Below are positions 56,575 to 64,000 of a stretch of 64,000 bases of DNA, in pieces. The stretch spans positions 89-64,088 of the forward strand of contig JAAYRL010000051.1 in the NCBI GenBank assembly GCA_012518795.1, in the 5' to 3' direction. The DNA is from Clostridiaceae bacterium. Its GTDB lineage: Bacteria; Bacillota; Clostridia; Saccharofermentanales; DTU023. The notes beneath the pieces are model-generated. The model saw only the letters and a list, made by a program, of their open reading frames with translations. It searched no databases and was not told the DNA's origin. Made by a program: the position numbers and the translations under genes. Every line of letters starts with the position of its first letter. The first letter of the stretch is position 1.

Positions 56575-58080
<1,506 letters not shown>

Positions 58081-58221
58081 CTATACCTTTCGGCTTAATA
58101 AAACTATTATAACTTCTGCTCAACTTGCGGTTGCTACTCTACCTTGTAATAATTTAATATTTTTATTTTTTAACAATTTTTTATCCGGATGAAAATCTAT
58201 TCAGATAATCGTTTTTGTACA

Positions 58222-58572
58222 TTAACTGATATCTCGACAAACTACTAAATTAGCGTCTGTATCCAATATTCTTTTGGTTATTACATCTCCTACTCTAACC
58301 GGAGCTTCTAAAGTTATGGTATTGATCAGTTCCATTACTTCTTGCATTTTTGCTTTTGGTACTGCTTGATCAGTTTTTACCGGACATCTCGTCAAATCAG
58401 CACCTTTAATCTTTACAGTTGATGTGACAACTCTAGTCGGGTTTTTCAGCTCGGCTTTGCCATAAGGAATACCTCTGGGACACGAATTGCCTGTCACTTC
58501 ATAATCATTTTCCGGATCTACTTTCAGATGACAGCCACGTGGGCAAACAATACAAATTATCTCTTGGACCAT
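58222..58572 (-). CDS. DUF1667 domain protein
   Basis: CIVCPRGCHLKV...TGNSCPRG is the typical DUF1667 N-terminus. It starts 1 nt after the upstream stop. Confidence 0.8.
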   Translation of the reverse strand: MVQEIICIVCPRGCHLKVDPENDYEVTGNSCPRGIPYGKAELKNPTRVVTSTVKIKGADLTRCPVKTDQAVPKAKMQEVMELINTITLEAPVRVGDVITKRILDTDANLVVCRDIS

Positions 58573-58573
58573 T

Positions 58574-59869
58574 TTATCCCTCCACCGAAACTGTTAATTC
58601 TGTTCCTGAAATATTTTCCAGCAGCTGACGTGGTAAATTCACATTTTCCATTTCAGCCGGGAACATAAACGGACGTTTAAATGATGCTATTTCAGAATTT
58701 GATTGATCACGGAATACAATTCTGCTCGGTTCTTTAAATATTTTTCTAACACGGAAAAATACTCGAACCGCTTTTTCCACATCATCAATTCTGATCTGTT
58801 GCGGTACCGTATAGCCGATATTCGAATCTGTTTTTAAAGAGATGATATTGGCATCTTCCGTTACGCAACCTCCATCCCGTACAAAACACGCTGCGGCATG
58901 ACCCGCACTTTCTGCTTCTTCTGTTACAAAGTCAACCAAATCATGTACATGCAAAACATTGCCACAAGCAAAAATTCCTCGAGCCAGAGTTTCCTTATTC
59001 TCGTAGACTATCGGTCCGGAAGTACGCGGATCGAGTGTTACACCGGCTTCACGACTCAATTCATTTTCCGGAATTAAACCTACAGATAAAAGAACCGTAT
59101 CTACATCATAGTAAATTTCTGTTCCGGCAATCGGCTTACCGTTTTGATCAACTTCTTGTACTGTTACCTGTTCAACTCTGTTACGACCTTTAATATCTGT
59201 AATTGTGTGAGAAAGATATAAAGGAATGTCAAAATCCTGTAAGCACTGGACAATATTACGATTGAGACCACCGGGATAAGGCATCACTTCTACACAAGCA
59301 ACAACTTCCGCACCTTCTAAAGTCAGACGCCGGGCCATTATCAAACCTACATCCCCCGAACCCAGGATAATAACTTTTTTACCGACCATATAACCTTCAA
59401 GGTTTACATATAATTGAGCTTGACCTGCATTAAAGATACCTGCTGCTCTGGTCCCCGGAATTTGAATGTTCATTCTCGTCCGTTCACGACATCCCATAGC
59501 TAAAATTACGGCTTTGCTGCGTAAAATACGATAACCGTCTGAACTGCTCATTACATGCACATAACGCCAATCTTCAGAATTTTCCAGATTTAATGCCATC
59601 GTATCAAGTGCAACTTCAACACTAGTGTCAGCTAATAAATCAATAAATCGTTTTGAATATTCAGGTCCCGTCAATTCTTCTTTGAAATAATGTAAGCCGA
59701 AACCGTTATGGATGCATTGATTTAAAATTCCCCCCAAATATTTATCTCTTTCAACAATTAATATATCGTTCAAACCGTTTTTTGCCGCACTTACAGCCGC
59801 TGCTAAACCGGCAGGACCACCACCAATTATAATTAATTGATACTCTTTAATGTTTTGCATTAGTCTCAC
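58574..59869 (-). CDS. FAD/NAD(P)-binding pyridine nucleotide-disulfide oxidoreductase family protein
   Basis: Two Rossmann motifs: IIIGGGPAGLAAA and ILGSGDVGLIMARRL. Middle gene of the conserved trio. Confidence 0.8.
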   Translation of the reverse strand: MRLMQNIKEYQLIIIGGGPAGLAAAVSAAKNGLNDILIVERDKYLGGILNQCIHNGFGLHYFKEELTGPEYSKRFIDLLADTSVEVALDTMALNLENSEDWRYVHVMSSSDGYRILRSKAVILAMGCRERTRMNIQIPGTRAAGIFNAGQAQLYVNLEGYMVGKKVIILGSGDVGLIMARRLTLEGAEVVACVEVMPYPGGLNRNIVQCLQDFDIPLYLSHTITDIKGRNRVEQVTVQEVDQNGKPIAGTEIYYDVDTVLLSVGLIPENELSREAGVTLDPRTSGPIVYENKETLARGIFACGNVLHVHDLVDFVTEEAESAGHAAACFVRDGGCVTEDANIISLKTDSNIGYTVPQQIRIDDVEKAVRVFFRVRKIFKEPSRIVFRDQSNSEIASFKRPFMFPAEMENVNLPRQLLENISGTELTVSVEG

Positions 59870-59875
59870 CTCACC

Positions 59876-61315
59876 CTAAGCTTCCTTGTCAGCATTTTTC
59901 GTCTGACCGACCAAAATATAACTGCCTGTTTTATTAAGCAGAATATCTAAAGGTGAAATCCCGGTTTCCCGAGCAATAATTTCTTGAACTCTAGGTCCGC
60001 AAAAGCCGCCTTGGCAACGTCCTAAACCTGAACCTGCTCTACGTTTGATTGCATCTAGTGAATGAATCGGTAATCCTCTACGTATTGCCGCAACAATTTC
60101 ACCTTCCGTAATATGCTCACAACGGCAAATGATACGACCATAGTCAGGATTTTTTTCTATAAAATCTGCTCTTTCCTCTTTCGGAATTTCTTTAAACCGA
60201 ACGATTTTTCTTGTACCATCCCAGCTATCCTTTTTATTTAATTCAAGTCCCTCTTCTGCCAACAGTTTAATTCCTTCTTCTGCAATTATCGGTGCACAAG
60301 TCAATCCGGGTGATTTGATTGCTGCCAGATCTAAAAAATTCGGTGCACTGATTTTAATAAAGAAATCATTATAATCACTGTTAGCTCTAATCCCGGAATA
60401 ATTTCTGATATTATGTCTGAAATCGAGGGATGGCACGGATCTTCTGGCTTCTTTTGCTACAAGATCCAAAACTTCTCTGGTTGTTGAAGTATCTTCCGGA
60501 TCAGAAATCCCCTCTGCATCAGGTCCGACTAATATATTTTCGTGTACGGTAGGTGAGACCAAGATCCCTTTGGTAAGTTCAGTTGGACACGGGAATATCA
60601 CCGCTTTAACTGTTTCACCTGCTGATCTGTCTAAAAGGAAATACTGTCCGCGAGTCGGCTTTATTTTGAAAGCAGGTTCTGCAACCATATTATGAATTTG
60701 ATCACTATATACACCGGCTGCATTGATAACATATTTTGTTTGGAATTGATCCGTTTCGGTTTTCACAAGATAATGATCGGAGTTCTTTTCAATATCTACA
60801 ACCTTCTGATTTAACTCAAGTTTTACACCTTCTCGAACTGCAACCTCCGCCATTGCAATCGTAAATTCCCAAGGATTAATTATACCTGATTCGGGAATCC
60901 AAAGTGCACCAATTACTTCTTTGGACAGATTCGGTTCACGTCTGCGAGTTTCCTCACCGTCCAACATTTCCATTCCTTCTACTCCATTGATAAGACCACG
61001 ATTGTAATACTTGTCTAACGTTTTGAGATCATTTTCATCAAGTGCAACAATTAAGGAACCGCTCTTTTTGAATTCGATATCCAATGTATCAACCAATTCA
61101 ATGCAGCGCTTAGCTCCTTTTACATTGTACTTACCCATCAGGGTTGCAGGATCCGGATCATATCCACCGTGAACTATTGCAGTATTAGCGCGAGATGCAC
61201 CGAGAGAAACATCGTTTTCTTTGTCGAGTAGCAGAACATTCAGATCAAATTGTGATAATTCATAGGCTGTCGCACAGCCTATAACGCCTGCTCCAATAAT
61301 AATTACATCAAACAT
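59876..61315 (-). CDS. FAD-dependent glycerol-3-phosphate dehydrogenase/oxidase-like protein with C-terminal BFD-like [2Fe-2S] domain
   Basis: DVIIIGAGVIGCA (DAO family). C-terminal CRCEHITEGEI...GRCQGGFC. Genomic context with glpK/glpF. Confidence 0.8.
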   Translation of the reverse strand: MFDVIIIGAGVIGCATAYELSQFDLNVLLLDKENDVSLGASRANTAIVHGGYDPDPATLMGKYNVKGAKRCIELVDTLDIEFKKSGSLIVALDENDLKTLDKYYNRGLINGVEGMEMLDGEETRRREPNLSKEVIGALWIPESGIINPWEFTIAMAEVAVREGVKLELNQKVVDIEKNSDHYLVKTETDQFQTKYVINAAGVYSDQIHNMVAEPAFKIKPTRGQYFLLDRSAGETVKAVIFPCPTELTKGILVSPTVHENILVGPDAEGISDPEDTSTTREVLDLVAKEARRSVPSLDFRHNIRNYSGIRANSDYNDFFIKISAPNFLDLAAIKSPGLTCAPIIAEEGIKLLAEEGLELNKKDSWDGTRKIVRFKEIPKEERADFIEKNPDYGRIICRCEHITEGEIVAAIRRGLPIHSLDAIKRRAGSGLGRCQGGFCGPRVQEIIARETGISPLDILLNKTGSYILVGQTKNADKEA

Positions 61316-61681
61316 AGCCTACTCCTTAACTTAAACCTTAATTAAAAATGTTCGTCCTATGGAGAGTGCTTGCTTGCCTCTTTTAACCATAAAAAAAGCA
61401 TACGACTCCTGCTCAACATAGGAACCTCTGCTCAAAATCTCACGGTTTGTTATTGAGTTACTATAATGTTATCACATACAATTCGCATAAGCAAACTATA
61501 TTTTGGACACTTTCAACAATTATTTCGCATTTTTCTCATTTTTCAAGCTCGTCTCTCTAACATAATCTGAACGTTATATGGAGAGCCGGTTTACACAAGT
61601 TCGCAGAGTATAAGTACTAGTTTAAAGAATTCAAGTACCGGTTTTTCAGAGTGTAAATTGAGCTCCATAATCTTGTCGGTT

Positions 61682-61868
61682 AGACAGGATTTTAACTTTG
61701 CAATTAAAGGCAAAATTAGTAAAACTAATTTCCATTATCTTTTCTTTAGACTGGAATTTAACTTTACAGTTAAAGGGTAAAATTAGTAAAACTAATTTCC
61801 ATTACCTTTTCTTTAAACTGGAACTTAACTTTGCAATTAAACCGGCAAAATTAGTTTAATAAAATAAT
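61682..61868. repeat. About 2.8 tandem copies of a 66-67 bp unit upstream of the tRNA operon promoter
   Basis: Units start at 61682, 61748 and 61815. Each carries TTAACTTTGCAATTAAAG and the hairpin AAATTAGT-AAA-ACTAATTT. The third unit degenerates into the promoter. Confidence 0.9.
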
Positions 61869-61897
61869 TTGACAATCATAATTTGCTTTGATAATAT
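61869..61897 (+). promoter_or_regulatory. Sigma-A promoter of the tRNA-Asp/Phe/Val operon
   Basis: TTGACA (61869-61874), 17 nt spacer, TAATAT (61892-61897), about 30 nt before tRNA-Asp. Confidence 0.7.
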
Positions 61898-61927
61898 GTT
61901 CAAGCATTCAAAATGAATGAATGACTT

Positions 61928-62004
61928 GGCGCAGTAGTTCAGTTGGTTAGAATGCCAGCCTGTCACGCTGGAGGTCGAGGGTTCGAGCCCCTTCTGCGTC
62001 GCCA
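61928..62004 (+). tRNA. tRNA-Asp (anticodon GTC)
   Basis: GGCGCAGTAGTTCAGTTGGTTAGAATGCCAGCCTGTCACGCTGGAGGTCGAGGGTTCGAGCCCCTTCTGCGTCGCCA folds as a cloverleaf with CCA encoded. Confidence 0.93.
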
Positions 62005-62007
62005 TAA

Positions 62008-62036
62008 AGCCGGTCGTTTGTAATGAGTGACCGGCT
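62008..62036 (+). other. 8-bp GC-rich hairpin in the tRNA-Asp/tRNA-Phe spacer
   Basis: AGCCGGTC-13 nt-GACCGGCT followed by TGCATTTT. Confidence 0.6.
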
Positions 62037-62046
62037 TGCATTTTAA

Positions 62047-62122
62047 GCCTGGTTAGCTCAGTCGGTAGAGCAGGGGACTGAAAATCCCCGTGTCGTTGGT
62101 TCGATTCCGACACCAGGCACCA
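62047..62122 (+). tRNA. tRNA-Phe (anticodon GAA)
   Basis: GCCTGGTTAGCTCAGTCGGTAGAGCAGGGGACTGAAAATCCCC...CACCAGGCACCA. Confidence 0.93.
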
Positions 62123-62127
62123 TATGC

Positions 62128-62203
62128 GGGAGTTTAGCTCAGCTGGGAGAGCACCTGCCTTACAAGCAGGGGGTCACAGGTTCAAGTCCTGTAACTCCCA
62201 CCA
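62128..62203 (+). tRNA. tRNA-Val (anticodon TAC)
   Basis: GGGAGTTTAGCTCAGCTGGGAGAGCACCTGCCTTACAAGCAGG...AACTCCCACCA. Confidence 0.93.
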
Positions 62204-62209
62204 CACCGA

Positions 62210-62245
62210 AAAAGCCTTTACCTTTAATAAGGGCTTTTTTATTTT
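62210..62245 (+). terminator. Intrinsic terminator of the tRNA operon
   Basis: AAAAGCCTTT-9 nt loop-AAGGGCTTTT followed by TTATTTT. Confidence 0.75.
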
Positions 62246-62365
62246 GTCACAGTAATTCGGTGAACAGCAGGCTTTGTTCTCTAATAATTTAATAGTTGCT
62301 ATTCACGGAATATAAATTTAGAATAATTAAATATAACAGAAATAGCTGATTTGGGGAGAATAAAA

Positions 62366-63823
62366 ATGCAACTAAATACAGAGCAATTAAAAGATTTAAT
62401 TTTCAAACCGAATAATAAAATATATTTTGTCGGTATTGGTGGCATTTCCATGTGCGGCTTGGCTGAATTGGCTCAACATCACGGAATGCAAGTTGCAGGA
62501 TCAGATTTGCATTCTAACAATCGTACTGCATACCTTGAATCTCTGGGCATTGCAATTAATTATCAGCAAACAGCAGACAATATTGAACGTTTTCAACCGG
62601 ATGCCATAGTTTATACACTGGCAGTACCAGTCGAAAATCCGGAAAGAATAAAGGCCCGTGAACTCGGTATTGCGGAAATTGAACGTGCCGTTTATCTGGG
62701 ATTATTAAATAGGAATTTTAAGTATTCAATCAACATTGCCGGAACTAACGGCAAAACCACCACAACAGCCATGTGTGCTTTGATTTTGCTTGAACAAGGT
62801 TTAGATCCTACCGTACATTTGGGTGCTGAGCTGAAACAATTTAAAACTACAGTCAGACCCGGCTCAAATAATCATCTGATGGTTTCGGAAGCTTGTGAAT
62901 TTGGCAGGAGTTTTCTCCATTTTTATTCGACAACAGCAGCCGTCTTGAATATTGATCATGACCATGTCGATATTTTTCCGACAATTGAAGATGTTATATA
63001 TGCATTTGCAGAATTTGTCGCTTTACTCGACCCGAGTTCTAACTTGGTTGTTCCTGCATTTGATCCGCTAATTCCGAAAATGCTGGAGCAGGCTTATGTG
63101 CTCAATCCGGCAATCAGAAATCAATTAAAAATATTTAGTTTCGGTTATCCGGAAGATAGATTTGCCGGACAAAAACCTGATCTATGTTGTGACAAATTGG
63201 ATTTTGTAGAAGGATATCCTCATTTTAGACTAAGTCTTTCCGGTGAATATTTCGGAAATTTTAATCTTAAAATTCCGGGAAAATTTAATGTAGACAATGC
63301 AATGGCCGCAATTGCATGTGCCTACTTAAACGGAGCGGAAGCCGAAGCAGCCCGTGAGGCATTAGCTGAATTCACCGGAGCGGAAGGCAGATTTACCGAA
63401 ACCGGATATTATAACGGTGCCAGAATTATCGCCGACTATGCCCATCATCCGAACTCAATTACAGAAACTTTGCAAGCTGCCGAGAACATTCCTCATAATA
63501 AACTCTATACCGTTTTTCAACCGATCACTTACAGTCGAGCCAAAGGTTTAGCAGATGGTTTTGTTGAAGCTTTAGCCAAGGCGAAAAATCCAATTTTAAT
63601 GGAAGTTTATGATGATCGGGAAAAAGATCATAGCTTTTCCTCCGCGATAATTGCTGATCGCATTAAAGAAAAGGGAGTTAATGCTTTATTCTTTGATTCT
63701 CTCAGCGAACTGGAGAAATATTTACGTAAAGTCTTGGACGAAGGTGATTTAGCAATCATCATGGGACAAGACGTCAGAACCATTGCTGATAATCTCACCG
63801 GCAGAACCGACCATTTCAAATAG
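62366..63823 (+). CDS. murC: UDP-N-acetylmuramate--L-alanine ligase
   Basis: ORF 62351 (TTG). ATG at 62366 has GGGGAG upstream. Motifs GIGGISMCGLAE, AGTNGKTTTTAM and the C-terminal Mur ligase domain. Confidence 0.92.
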   Translation: MQLNTEQLKDLIFKPNNKIYFVGIGGISMCGLAELAQHHGMQVAGSDLHSNNRTAYLESLGIAINYQQTADNIERFQPDAIVYTLAVPVENPERIKARELGIAEIERAVYLGLLNRNFKYSINIAGTNGKTTTTAMCALILLEQGLDPTVHLGAELKQFKTTVRPGSNNHLMVSEACEFGRSFLHFYSTTAAVLNIDHDHVDIFPTIEDVIYAFAEFVALLDPSSNLVVPAFDPLIPKMLEQAYVLNPAIRNQLKIFSFGYPEDRFAGQKPDLCCDKLDFVEGYPHFRLSLSGEYFGNFNLKIPGKFNVDNAMAAIACAYLNGAEAEAAREALAEFTGAEGRFTETGYYNGARIIADYAHHPNSITETLQAAENIPHNKLYTVFQPITYSRAKGLADGFVEALAKAKNPILMEVYDDREKDHSFSSAIIADRIKEKGVNALFFDSLSELEKYLRKVLDEGDLAIIMGQDVRTIADNLTGRTDHFK

Positions 63824-63881
63824 GAAATCATATTTAAAATAAAAAAGCTTAATCATTCGTGGCTTATAAAAATTAAAAACT

Positions 63882-63953
63882 GAATCTCATCTGTCTGGAA
63901 ATCGTAAACTCGGGCTAAAGCCCTCATACAGTACGATTTCCTGCGACAGATTC
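63882..63953. terminator. Long interrupted hairpin with T-tracts on both sides (probable bidirectional terminator)
   Basis: Stems GAAT/ATTC, CTGTC/GACAG, GGAAATCGTA/TACGATTTCC and GGGC/GCCC with loop TAAA. T6 lies 6 nt downstream on plus. TTTTTAATTTTT lies 2 nt downstream on minus. Confidence 0.5.
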
Positions 63954-64000
63954 GCTAAGTTTTTTAAAAATTTTTAAAGCAATCTCATGCTCAAGCTTTT

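Noticed and set aside
61856-62113. ORF 61856..62113 (-), 85 aa
   Set aside because: It runs antisense through tRNA-Asp and tRNA-Phe, so it is spurious.
63882-63953. SRP/4.5S RNA or another known small RNA for the long hairpin after murC
   Set aside because: It lacks the conserved SRP domain IV motifs (GGAA tetraloop, AGCA/GGCAG symmetric loop). The flanking T-tracts favour a terminator-type element.

Overview
This is a 64 kb chromosomal segment from a low-GC Gram-positive bacterium (Bacillota; I cannot name the species). Almost every gene is on the minus strand.

Content from left to right:
- gcvT (partial).
- A T-box-controlled tyrosine phenol-lyase-like enzyme.
- uppP.
- An ABC-2 exporter placed divergently from a HisKA_3/NarL two-component system.
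- pgeF.
- An LPXTG leucine-rich-repeat surface protein.
- A conserved housekeeping block: murI, tex, yaaT/ricT, holB, yaaQ/darA, tmk.
- A tightly overlapping MarR/flavoprotein operon.
- Three minus-strand tRNAs (Thr, fMet, Leu).
- mgtA beside two CNNM/CorB-type proteins.
- DUF362, then thpR and a macro-domain gene that converge and overlap.
- A DUF4143 ATPase.
- A TPR-GAF-GGDEF cyclase.
- A lipoprotein serpin.
- A Phd/RelE-type toxin-antitoxin pair.
- An rRNA methyltransferase, punA and a patatin-like lipase.
- A roughly 9.2 kb xylose-utilisation insert bounded by duplicated pullulanase fragments.
- pulA.
- A glycerol cluster: glpF, glpK and a three-gene glycerol-3-phosphate (G3P) dehydrogenase-like set.
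- A plus-strand tRNA operon (Asp, Phe, Val) and murC.

I saw no transposase, integrase, CRISPR array or rRNA.

The observations I rate highest:
1. A Tyr-specifier T-box leader drives a catabolic-type tyrosine phenol-lyase homologue.
2. The recombination scar around the xylose insert is a mosaic of pulA and patatin fragments.
3. A pita-bread (M24-like) protein with apparently degenerate metal ligands leads a xylA operon that has no xylB.
4. Several unexplained repeat arrays sit in promoter regions.

All calls come from reading the sequence and recalling protein-family motifs. No database search was run.
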